From: Candidatus Nomurabacteria bacterium
Lineage (GTDB): Bacteria; Patescibacteriota; Minisyncoccia; Phycocordibacterales; UBA9973
Direction: 5' to 3'
DNA length: 64,000 bases
Assembly (NCBI GenBank): GCA_943354905.1
Contig: CALRDL010000002.1
Span: 6,478-70,477 of the forward strand
Shown: in pieces, positions 55,883 through 64,000 of the stretch
Layout: each line of letters opens with the position of its first letter
Position numbering within the stretch: position 1 is the stretch's first letter
Program-made: the position numbers and the translations under genes
Notes under the pieces: model-generated
What the model was told of the DNA's origin: nothing
Database searches by the model: none
What the model saw: the letters and a program-made list of their open reading frames with translations, nothing else

Positions 55883-56938
55883 TTGCACGATGTGATTTCG
55901 CTAAATCATATGAAAACATATACATTCCATGTTTCTGGCACACATTGCGCATCATGCAAAATCTTGATTGAAGATATTTTGAACGAGCAAGATTTTATTA
56001 AAAAATCAAAAGTGGATTTGAAGAAAGAAACTGTGGAAATTGAAACTGATGGCGAAAAAGATCCCGAAGAAATCATAAACGTATTAAATGAAAAAATAAA
56101 ACTAAATGGTTATATGCTTAGTGTCGTTAGGCAAGACCTAACGACAGAGGATAGCGATGTAATTTGGAAAGCTCTGCCTATTGGGCTCGCTTTTCTAGTC
56201 CTCTTTTTTATTTTACAAAAGTCCGGTATTCTAAATCTCGGATTTGGGAGCGAGGCAACACCTACAACCAGTTTCATGATTGGTCTTATTGCTTCAGTGT
56301 CTTCCTGTCTTGCTGTTGTCGGTGGGCTTGTGTTGTCTCTTTCAGCAAAGGTATCACAAGATAAAATTAACGACACTAAAACTTTTCTGCTTTTTCACAT
56401 AGGAAGACTGTTCAGTTTTGCACTGCTCGGAGGAGTGTTGGGGATAATGGGGCAAGCGATAGGGATCAATGTTACTTTTACTGCAGTTTTGGGACTCCTA
56501 GCTTCAATGGTGATGTTGGTGCTTGGATTAAATTTAGTGGGAATATTTGCGAAAAACAAAATTGCACTATCTTCTGACATTTTTCAAAAAGTTTTTTCTA
56601 TCTTTAAAAAAATAGAACATAAAACACTCACTCCACTTTTAGTTGGCTTTGGAACATTCTTTTTACCTTGCGGATTTACTCAAGCGATGCAAGTCGCCGC
56701 TTTATCTAGTGTCTCATTTCTTTCGGGAATGCTTATTATGTTTGCTTTCGCTCTCGGGACTTTGCCGATGCTCATATTACTCTCATTTGGTTCGGCATCT
56801 TTTGCTCATAGTAAACATGGCAAACACGCACCTCTCTTCTTTAAATCTGCAGGCATAGTCGTGATTGGGCTTGGAATATTTGGATTACTGACAGGACTCA
56901 CAGGTTTGGGTATTATTAATCCACTATTTAGTATTTAA
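55883..56938 (+). CDS. HMA-domain (GTHCASC) fused to a multi-TM permease (DsbD_2/UreH-like); putative metal transporter
   Basis: An N-terminal ferredoxin-like HMA with the CxxC motif, then six to eight TM helices with FLPCGFTQ. Confidence 0.5.
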   Translation: MHDVISLNHMKTYTFHVSGTHCASCKILIEDILNEQDFIKKSKVDLKKETVEIETDGEKDPEEIINVLNEKIKLNGYMLSVVRQDLTTEDSDVIWKALPIGLAFLVLFFILQKSGILNLGFGSEATPTTSFMIGLIASVSSCLAVVGGLVLSLSAKVSQDKINDTKTFLLFHIGRLFSFALLGGVLGIMGQAIGINVTFTAVLGLLASMVMLVLGLNLVGIFAKNKIALSSDIFQKVFSIFKKIEHKTLTPLLVGFGTFFLPCGFTQAMQVAALSSVSFLSGMLIMFAFALGTLPMLILLSFGSASFAHSKHGKHAPLFFKSAGIVVIGLGIFGLLTGLTGLGIINPLFSI

Positions 56939-56956
56939 TTTTGATATAATTACCAG

Positions 56957-57358
56957 ATGAACAAAATAGTTTTAATTATTATAACTCTTGGACTTGTTGT
57001 CGTTCTCGGCATCGTATTTTGGGGTGGTGGTTCAAAACCACAGACAGGTGAAAATGTTGCAGACGAAGGACAAAGTGTTGAAATAAAAAATGGTGTCCAA
57101 TATATCACCATTGATGCGAAAGGCGGGTATTTCCCCAAAGTCGTTACAGCTCAAGGTGGTATACCTACAAAACTTATTGTAAAAACAAACGGTACTTTTG
57201 ACTGCTCGGCATCGCTTGTAGTCCGTTCTGTCGGATTTCAAAAGATTTTACCCCCAACAGGAGAAACAGAAATTGACCTAGGCATTCCTAAATCAGGCGA
57301 GCCAGTCGTAGGGGTCTGCGGTATGGGAATGTATAATTTTCAAATTAATTTTAGTTAG
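56957..57358 (+). CDS. TM-anchored cupredoxin-like domain protein
   Basis: An N-terminal TM helix plus a small beta domain with C...GVCGMGMY. It is frequently paired with HMA permeases. The family assignment is tentative. Confidence 0.35.
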   Translation: MNKIVLIIITLGLVVVLGIVFWGGGSKPQTGENVADEGQSVEIKNGVQYITIDAKGGYFPKVVTAQGGIPTKLIVKTNGTFDCSASLVVRSVGFQKILPPTGETEIDLGIPKSGEPVVGVCGMGMYNFQINFS

Positions 57359-57459
57359 GATTATTTTTGTTCATAATAGTCCGCACAATAAATAAAAACT
57401 CCGAAAGGCGTTTTTATTTTGCAAAAGATGTCGAAATAAACTAGTATTAACTATTGTAA

Positions 57460-57532
57460 GCCGTTATAGCTCAGGTAGTAGAGCACGTCATTGGTAATGA
57501 CGAGGTCAACAGTGCAAATCTGTTTAACGGCT
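57460..57532 (+). tRNA. tRNA-Thr(GGT)
   Basis: Acceptor GCCGTTA/TAACGGC, D-arm GCTCAGGTAGTAGAGC, anticodon stem-loop CGTCA-TTGGTAA-TGACG, T-arm AACAG-TGCAAAT-CTGTT (an atypical T-loop). Confidence 0.55.
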
Positions 57533-57625
57533 CATTTTCTGTCATTTATTTGCACTTAAAACTAGTTTCAAGTATAATATATTCAAATTTGAAACAAATT
57601 TGAAAGTCAATATTATAAAATATTT

Positions 57626-58291
57626 ATGATAAGCAAAAAACAAAAAGAAATATACGATTTCATTGTGTCTTATGCAAAAGACAATGGGTACGCCCCATCG
57701 CTAGAAGAGATAGCTAAAAATTTCTCTTTTTTGGCGTACCCCTCTTCTGCTCACTACCATGTAAAAAAATTACAAGATGAAGGATACATTGAAAGAGAAT
57801 CAAATATTCCTAGATCAATTGGTATATATAGAGATAAAACAATAAAAACTCCTTTTCTAAAAACTACAGGGTTAGATTCAATAAGAATACCGATTCTAGG
57901 AGCCGTAAATGCTGGCCCCGCTACTATTTTTGCAGAGGAAAATATTGAGGGATATTTAAAAGTTTCTCGTAGTTTATTAAATAATAAAAATGAAGTTTTT
58001 GCTTTGAGAGTTGAGGGTGACTCAATGAACAAGGCAAGGATTGATCGTAAGAATATAGAAACAGGTGATTTTGTTTTAATTGATTCTGAATATAAAAATC
58101 CAAAAAACGGTGACCTTGTTTTGTCTGTAATTGACGGATGTGCAAACATTAAGAAGTTTGAAAAAAATGATAAAACTGGCGAGGTAAGACTGGTGTCAGA
58201 ATCTACAAATTCTACACACAAACCGATTTTTGTATCTAGTAAAGACGATTTTATGATAAATGGAAAAATTATTTTAGTAGTTAAAAAATAG
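57626..58291 (+). CDS. lexA: LexA repressor
   Basis: The N-terminal wHTH (QKEIYDFI...GYAPSLEEIA) and the S24 peptidase core (...VEGDSMNKARI... with Lys in the ...K.. context). Confidence 0.8.
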   Translation: MISKKQKEIYDFIVSYAKDNGYAPSLEEIAKNFSFLAYPSSAHYHVKKLQDEGYIERESNIPRSIGIYRDKTIKTPFLKTTGLDSIRIPILGAVNAGPATIFAEENIEGYLKVSRSLLNNKNEVFALRVEGDSMNKARIDRKNIETGDFVLIDSEYKNPKNGDLVLSVIDGCANIKKFEKNDKTGEVRLVSESTNSTHKPIFVSSKDDFMINGKIILVVKK

Positions 58292-58326
58292 GCTAGCCCT
58301 TCCCAAAAGAAAGTTAATTTTCTATA

Positions 58327-60867
58327 ATGTATATGATGAACAATGGAATCAAAAAAAAGCCCTTAACTTACATAAGCCTGTTTAGTAGTGCTGGCGTTGG
58401 TTGTTATGGATTTAAACTTGAAGATTTTGAATGTGTTGCGACAAATGAAATTATAGAAAGACGTTTGAATGTACAAAAACATAATAATAAATGTCGTTAT
58501 GAAAGTGGTTATATAGCTGATGATATCCTAAAAGAGGAAACCAAAAATAAAATAAGAAAAGAACTCGAATTTTGGAAGAAAAATCATGATGTTAAAGAAC
58601 TTGATGTTTTAATTTCAACTCCACCCTGCCAAGGAATGTCAGTTGCAAATCATAAAAAGGGTGACGAGTTAGCTCGTAATTCTTTGGTTATAGAATCTAT
58701 TAAACTTGTTGACGAAATTAGACCTAAATTCTTTATCTTTGAAAATGTTAGGGCTTTTTTGAATAGTTTATGCACTGATACTGATGGAAAAGATAAAAAA
58801 ATTCGTGAAGCCATCGAATTAAATTTAGGAGGTAAATATAATATACATTACCAAGTAATAAATTTTAAAGATTATGGTAACCCGTCTAGCAGAACTAGAA
58901 CTCTTGTTCTCGGTACAAGAAAAGACTTGCAAGAAATAACCCCATTAGATTTTATGCCAACTTTGCAAAAAGAAAAAACAATTCGGGAAGTTATCGGTCA
59001 TTTACCAAGTTTAAAAGTTATGGGAGAAAGTGATACGAAAGACATTTATCATAATTTTAGATCATATGCAGATCGTATGCGAAATTGGATAAGTGGAACA
59101 AAAGAAGGTGAGTCGGCTTTTGATAACAAAAATCCAAAATTTCGTCCACATAAAATAATTGATGGGGAGCTAGTTTCTAATACGCAAAAAAATGCTGATA
59201 AATACAGTAGGTGTTTCTGGAATAAAGTTTGCCCTTGTATTCATACAAGAAATGATATTCTCGCTAGTCAAGCAACCATACATCCATCCGATGATCGTGT
59301 TTTTAGTGTAAGAGAGTTAATGAAACTTATGTCTATTCCAGACTCATATAGATGGACTGGTATATCTGAAGAAAAACTTAATAACTTATCACCTGAAGAA
59401 AAATTAAAATTCTTTAAGAAAGAAGAAGTGAATATACGTCAATCAATCGGTGAAGCTGTTCCCACAATTATTTTTCAACAAATCGCTAAGAATATAAAAA
59501 GATCTATCCAGCGAAATATTTTAGATGAAAAAGATATAGAAAAAATTATCATTAACAACAATCTAACTGAAATAGAGAATTTAAAATCTTTTCTTAATGA
59601 GCATTTAGTTAAATATTCATTTGCCGAATTATCAAAAATAGTAGAATTAGCTAATGCCTATAGATTTAAACACGCGGCTTATTATACTCGTCAAGATATA
59701 TGCTTTACCGTTATTAAAGATTTACCTGATGCTTCAAATTTCAATTCAATTAAAATTTTAGAGCCATCCGTTGGGGCAGGAAACTTTTTACCCCTTTTAA
59801 TTGAAAAATACAAATCGATTTCAAGTGTCCAGATTGATGTAATAGATATAGATAAAAACGCAATTGATATACTAAAAATCTTAATCAAAAAACTAAATAT
59901 CCCAGTAAATATAAAAATCAATTTTCTAAACGAAGATTTTCTCTTATTTGGACAGAATGGCCTTTTCTCAAATGAGAATGTCCACTACGATATAGTCGTC
60001 GGCAATCCTCCCTTTGGAAAAATTTCTGACAACGAATCATTACTCACGGAATACAAAAGAGGAAAATTTAATACAAAAACTAGTAATTTGTTTTCCTTTT
60101 TTCTCGAGAAATCCATTAATCATGCAGATACTGTTGCATTAATAATACCAAAAAGTTTTTTATCATCTCCTGAATTTGATGCTACTCGAGAGTTTGTTTC
60201 TAAATTTGCAGTGTCAAAAATCACAGACTACGGAGAAAAAGGATTTAAGGGGGTCAAAATAGAAACGATAAGTCTTATTATAAATACAAAAAAAACAAGT
60301 ATAAATAATCAGACTTTAGTTGAATCTTATATAAAAAATGAATTTGGTTTTAAAGACCAAAATTATATTTGCTCTAAAGAATTTCCTTATTGGCTAGTGT
60401 ATCGAGATTCATTTTTTGACGAAGTAGCTTCAAGGCTTAGTTTTGGAGTATTCACTGCATATAGAGATAGGCAAATAACTAAACAGATTACAAAAAATAA
60501 AGGACAAATACGAGTTCTCAAATCAAGAAATATTGGAAGTAATAAAATTGTAAATATTCCAGATTATGATTCCTATGTAGATGAGTATAAAAATCTATCG
60601 ATAGCAAAATATATAAACCACGACGAAGCTGTTCTTGTTCCAAATCTCACATATAATCCTAGAGCCTGTTTTCTTCCAGAAAATACCATCGTGGATGGTT
60701 CTGTCGCAATTCTTATTCCTATAAATAAAACAAAAATTACAAAAAATGATCTCGCATATTACAATTCAGAGGAATTTGTTGGATTCTATCGAGTTGCTAG
60801 AAATTATGGTACCAGATCTCTCAATATAGATAACAATTCAGTTTTCTTCTTTGGGTTAAAAGTCTAA
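58327..60867 (+). CDS. Fused DNA methyltransferase: N-terminal C5-cytosine MTase plus C-terminal N6-adenine/N4 (NPPF) MTase
   Basis: FSSAGVGCYG (motif I), PPCQGMSVAN (PCQ motif IV), FIFENVRAF (ENV), then a second domain with EPSVGAGNFL and VVGNPPFGK. Confidence 0.65.
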   Translation: MYMMNNGIKKKPLTYISLFSSAGVGCYGFKLEDFECVATNEIIERRLNVQKHNNKCRYESGYIADDILKEETKNKIRKELEFWKKNHDVKELDVLISTPPCQGMSVANHKKGDELARNSLVIESIKLVDEIRPKFFIFENVRAFLNSLCTDTDGKDKKIREAIELNLGGKYNIHYQVINFKDYGNPSSRTRTLVLGTRKDLQEITPLDFMPTLQKEKTIREVIGHLPSLKVMGESDTKDIYHNFRSYADRMRNWISGTKEGESAFDNKNPKFRPHKIIDGELVSNTQKNADKYSRCFWNKVCPCIHTRNDILASQATIHPSDDRVFSVRELMKLMSIPDSYRWTGISEEKLNNLSPEEKLKFFKKEEVNIRQSIGEAVPTIIFQQIAKNIKRSIQRNILDEKDIEKIIINNNLTEIENLKSFLNEHLVKYSFAELSKIVELANAYRFKHAAYYTRQDICFTVIKDLPDASNFNSIKILEPSVGAGNFLPLLIEKYKSISSVQIDVIDIDKNAIDILKILIKKLNIPVNIKINFLNEDFLLFGQNGLFSNENVHYDIVVGNPPFGKISDNESLLTEYKRGKFNTKTSNLFSFFLEKSINHADTVALIIPKSFLSSPEFDATREFVSKFAVSKITDYGEKGFKGVKIETISLIINTKKTSINNQTLVESYIKNEFGFKDQNYICSKEFPYWLVYRDSFFDEVASRLSFGVFTAYRDRQITKQITKNKGQIRVLKSRNIGSNKIVNIPDYDSYVDEYKNLSIAKYINHDEAVLVPNLTYNPRACFLPENTIVDGSVAILIPINKTKITKNDLAYYNSEEFVGFYRVARNYGTRSLNIDNNSVFFFGLKV

Positions 60868-60869
60868 AA

Positions 60870-62045
60870 CTAAATATTAGAGAATACTGATTCTACTTGA
60901 TCTAAACTAGAAGTTTCTTTTAATTTAAGATTAAAGGCTGAGTTTATTACTTGTATGAATCTATTCAACATATAAAAATCCTCCCCATTTTTTAAAGATG
61001 TTTTTATATTTTCAAATTTTCTTTTTAGACAAACTTTTTGAAACTCAGGATCAATTCTGTGTGTGTTACCTTGAATATGAGCATACGACAAGTGTTGTCC
61101 TGGAGTTAGTGCAATTAAATTTTCTCTAAAGAGGGCGAACTCGGGATTTGAATGTTGGGGTAACATATGGTGAATATGAACGCCTCCCTCTGGTGTGAAA
61201 TTATATTCTTGCTCTTGAATTTCACTAATTCCATTATATTTTTTCTTTATATCAGCTTTAACTTTCTGTAATAATACTACCCCGACAACACCACTTGCAT
61301 CGATATCTAAGAGTATGCTTTCTCTATACTCTTGTCTTGTCATACCTGACGGCATGTTTTCGTCTCTGAAATTTTTACGATTATATATCAAAAAAGAATA
61401 CGGACATGGGCCACTTGTTATGTTTGAACCATCCTCTCCGGGTATTCTGTGTTTATAACAATAAACATTAAACATTTTATTAAATACTCGGTAAGTATGT
61501 TTACGATCAGTGCCTCTTATTTTTGTATTGATTTTTGCCCATAACCAATACTTATCTTTAGCAATTAAGTGATTTGCTTGTGTAGGATTATTTTTGTATT
61601 TTTCAAAATCTACAATAAGCCCATTATCAGTTAAAAATTTCTCAGTATATTCAGTTAAGAATTTAGAAGCATTAAGGTCGTTCGTAGACATATACTCCAA
61701 TGCCTCCAGATTTGTAATCTTGTATTGTTTGGGGCGGTCACTAACTTTTTCAAGAATACCTGCGTAAGATAATAGTCCTAATTGATAGGAACTAACTTTG
61801 TTATATTCTCTTGGGGCAAGAGCTTGTGATGGTTTGGAAAAATAATCTTGCATTAAATTATCGAATAAAGACGAAAGTCTTATTTCGCTATCTGAAAATA
61901 CTAGATTTCTATCGTTTTTTGTAATATCAAGAATAACCAAAGAAACACACCATAATAAATCTGGCGTAGTTTTCTGCTCGTAATGAAGCCCTTGTTTAGG
62001 GATTTTTCTTAAATTTTTATTTGTAAAATACTCTTGGAAATTCAT
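60870..62045 (-). CDS. Putative type II restriction endonuclease (partner of the fused MTase)
   Basis: It is convergent with and abuts the MTase, and is co-transcribed with an upstream C-protein. It has a His-rich GGVHIHHMLPQH segment. No family could be assigned. Confidence 0.4.
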   Translation of the reverse strand: MNFQEYFTNKNLRKIPKQGLHYEQKTTPDLLWCVSLVILDITKNDRNLVFSDSEIRLSSLFDNLMQDYFSKPSQALAPREYNKVSSYQLGLLSYAGILEKVSDRPKQYKITNLEALEYMSTNDLNASKFLTEYTEKFLTDNGLIVDFEKYKNNPTQANHLIAKDKYWLWAKINTKIRGTDRKHTYRVFNKMFNVYCYKHRIPGEDGSNITSGPCPYSFLIYNRKNFRDENMPSGMTRQEYRESILLDIDASGVVGVVLLQKVKADIKKKYNGISEIQEQEYNFTPEGGVHIHHMLPQHSNPEFALFRENLIALTPGQHLSYAHIQGNTHRIDPEFQKVCLKRKFENIKTSLKNGEDFYMLNRFIQVINSAFNLKLKETSSLDQVESVFSNI

Positions 62046-62046
62046 A

Positions 62047-62268
62047 TCATTTTATGAAAAAAGACAGCTCCTTTTTATAAATTTTTGCAAACTCTTTGAG
62101 TTGTGTAATATCAAGTCTGCGTTGCCCAGCTTCAATTTTTGATACATGAGGTTGAGTTTTACGAAGTAGCTTCGCTACATCAGCTTGATCTAATCCAGCT
62201 TCAAGACGAGCTTTTTTAAGCTGTTCAACAGTATATTTATGATCTTTAGAAAAAATCGCCTTTGTCAT
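62047..62268 (-). CDS. XRE-family HTH controller (C) protein of the type II R-M module
   Basis: 73 aa with LKKARLEAGLDQADVAKLL..QPHVSKIEAGQR. It sits immediately upstream of, and overlaps, the REase gene, which is the classic C-protein arrangement. Confidence 0.5.
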   Translation of the reverse strand: MTKAIFSKDHKYTVEQLKKARLEAGLDQADVAKLLRKTQPHVSKIEAGQRRLDITQLKEFAKIYKKELSFFIK

Positions 62269-62509
62269 ATCCTTGTATTATAGTATTCCGTTGTGTTATA
62301 TTCCAAGTTGTTATATGATATATAAGGACTGCTTCCCACCAAAAATCCGCCGTGTATTCCCATTGACAGGTACCCCAAATTTAAGACACCTTTTTAGGTA
62401 AGATTGATAACTTAGATTCTAGAAAATAAGTTAGTTTGTTAGTATCACAAATATATTGTGATACTATAATAGTTATAGACATTTTATATATTAATTATTA
62501 AATTATTTT

Positions 62510-63316
62510 ATGAACTTTAAAGAATACAAATCAACGTCTGAAGAAATAAAAAGTGCAGAGCAAATGATGACTCCAAAACAACAACTCGCTTTTAATTTAC
62601 GCGAAAAGTTTTTGAGCAACAACTTTGAAATACCAGAAAACGCCACCGAACAACAAAAGGCAGATGTTGAAAAAGAAACTGGAGATGTTGCTAGAATTCT
62701 CAATGAGTATGGAAAGCCATGGTTTCTTGGTGGTGGTACTTCGTTAGAATTGGCACAGGGCGAAATAACTCGCGATCATCACGATAGCGACATAGTAATG
62801 CCTTATGAAAATGTAGCCGACTTTTTTGATTATGCACATGAGCTTGGCTATAGATTTACTGATATGAAAGAAAAAGATATTTTGTCTAAAGAAGATTTAG
62901 TAAATGAAAGAGAAAATGCTTTTCTTCATAAAATTGATAGAACCAAATCTGGTACACAAGGTTTTGAAATAATTTTTTTGCTTCAAAAATTGACGAAGCA
63001 ATTTCAAAAAGCAGTGAGAAATTTAACACTACTATCGGTCAAGTTTTTGAAATTTCTAGTCACATAAGTTCTCCAGAAAATTTTCTTGATGAAGTTAAAA
63101 AAGAATTTGGCGAAGATTTAGTTGCACAAAGAAAGGTAGAATTTGATGAAGTCGCTAAATTCCTTTTTGGAGAAAAGAAACCGACAGAGGAAGAATTTAG
63201 AGAATTTGCACATCGTGCATTCAATATTCAGAAATATCTTGAAGAGAAAATGAAAAGTGAGGCATTGGATATGCAAAGATGGGAAGTCAGGAATAAGAAT
63301 GAAAAAGTTATAAAAT
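62510..63316 (+). pseudogene. Nucleotidyltransferase (Lnu/ANT-like fold), apparently frameshifted near 63,000-63,070
   Basis: WFLGGGTSLELAQGEITRDHHDSDIV is the GG...(R)xHxD(I)D nucleotidyltransferase motif. The continuation (...FGEDLVAQRKVEFDEVAKFL...) is in another frame. Confidence 0.4.
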
Positions 63317-63769
63317 AGGTTATTATTTTTAGCCGTCGAATTTCCAAAAACTCCATTCCGAAATTAAAAAACTTTTTCGGCGCCAAGTCATCGTTCTTGT
63401 TTTGTTGCCCACTCAAAGGCATAAATTAAATCGCCAGAAACCGTCGTACGACCTTCTTGTGCTTTAAATCCTTCATTTTTGATTTTTTCGGCATCCTTCT
63501 CTGAACTCGTGCCGTGCGTGATAAATTCAGGTGATTTCATATCAATTTATTTGTATTGTGTAAGATACCACAATTCTTAAGACAAAAATTCTAGTAATTA
63601 ATTTAATTTTAATATGCTGGGTTCTTTAAAGCAAATTCTCTCAACGACATTCTTAATATTGTATGAATTCTAATATTTGTGTATATGTATTCTTTGGTTA
63701 GATTACTAATACGACTATTTTACTATTAATCTTACCGGAATGTGTGTCTTAAATTCGGCATCCGAACCC

Positions 63770-64000
63770 GATTTTGTTTTTTGGCGGTGTGTGTTGGACA
63801 AAGTTCGAAACTATTTCGAGCAAAATCCAAACGATTAAAATGGACTCGGCAGGGCGAAATAATTTGTCTAGGGGAAAGGATTCGCCCTGCCTCGGCTGAT
63901 TTCCCGCCCGCAGGAGAGATCCGCTATGAGGAAAAGTCAAGCATTTCGGTAGACAGTTTTGTGTTTCAACATCATCCAAACTATGTTCACAATCTGACGG
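63770..64000. repeat. Another copy of the GC-rich repeat family (truncated by the window end)
   Basis: Shares TGGACAAAGTTCGAA with the ends of the xre-fic inverted repeats, shares ccgctatgaggaaaag with 27845-27860, and has the hairpin GGCAGGGCGAA...TTCGCCCTGCC. Confidence 0.5.

Overview
This is an AT-rich (~33 % GC by eye), gene-dense bacterial window. Its overall style suggests a small streamlined genome such as a CPR/Patescibacteria-like organism, but that is inference only.

Bases 1-26,500 are mostly housekeeping. They include adk, a UMP-kinase-like gene, map, ndk, the infC-rpmI-rplT operon on the minus strand, smpB with a candidate tmRNA immediately downstream, ftsH, recG, a CcdA-like protein and a TM-only MgtE homologue. 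Embedded in this stretch are a DinJ/YafQ-type toxin-antitoxin pair next to a 921-aa FtsK/HerA/TraG-like ATPase, and a cluster of three CYTH paralogues (one frameshifted) around ndk together with an HD hydrolase and a histidine phosphatase. That cluster is interrupted by a REP-flanked IS200/RAYT-like transposase insertion bounded by a ~50-bp direct duplication.

From about 27.3 kb to 45 kb the window is accessory and mosaic. It carries a complete type I R-M locus containing an extra half-hsdS, a dinD-like gene, a DUF4145 gene and a DUF45 peptidase. Next comes a large serine recombinase flanked by ~135-bp near-perfect inverted repeats that abut a tRNA, then two divergent Ser-type tRNAs, then an xre-fic cassette bounded by ~200-bp inverted repeats, an IS zinc-ribbon remnant and recQ. 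Threaded through this region is a family of GC-rich, hairpin-dense repeat modules, with at least six copies including one at the window end. These regions stand out sharply against the AT-rich background and I could not assign them to any known RNA family.

Bases 46.5-57.4 kb form a copper/metal island: csoR with a palindromic operator in its promoter, copA, DUF305, a YHS protein, a membrane-anchored NirK-type copper nitrite reductase, an HMA-permease, a cupredoxin-like protein, and three tandemly seeded 73-aa two-TM paralogues. The island ends at tRNA-Thr and lexA.

Bases 58.3-62.3 kb hold a type II R-M module: a fused C5+N6 methyltransferase, a restriction endonuclease and an XRE-type C protein.

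Several genes look frameshifted (the third CYTH, rhuM, a nucleotidyltransferase and others). That could reflect real decay or assembly errors.
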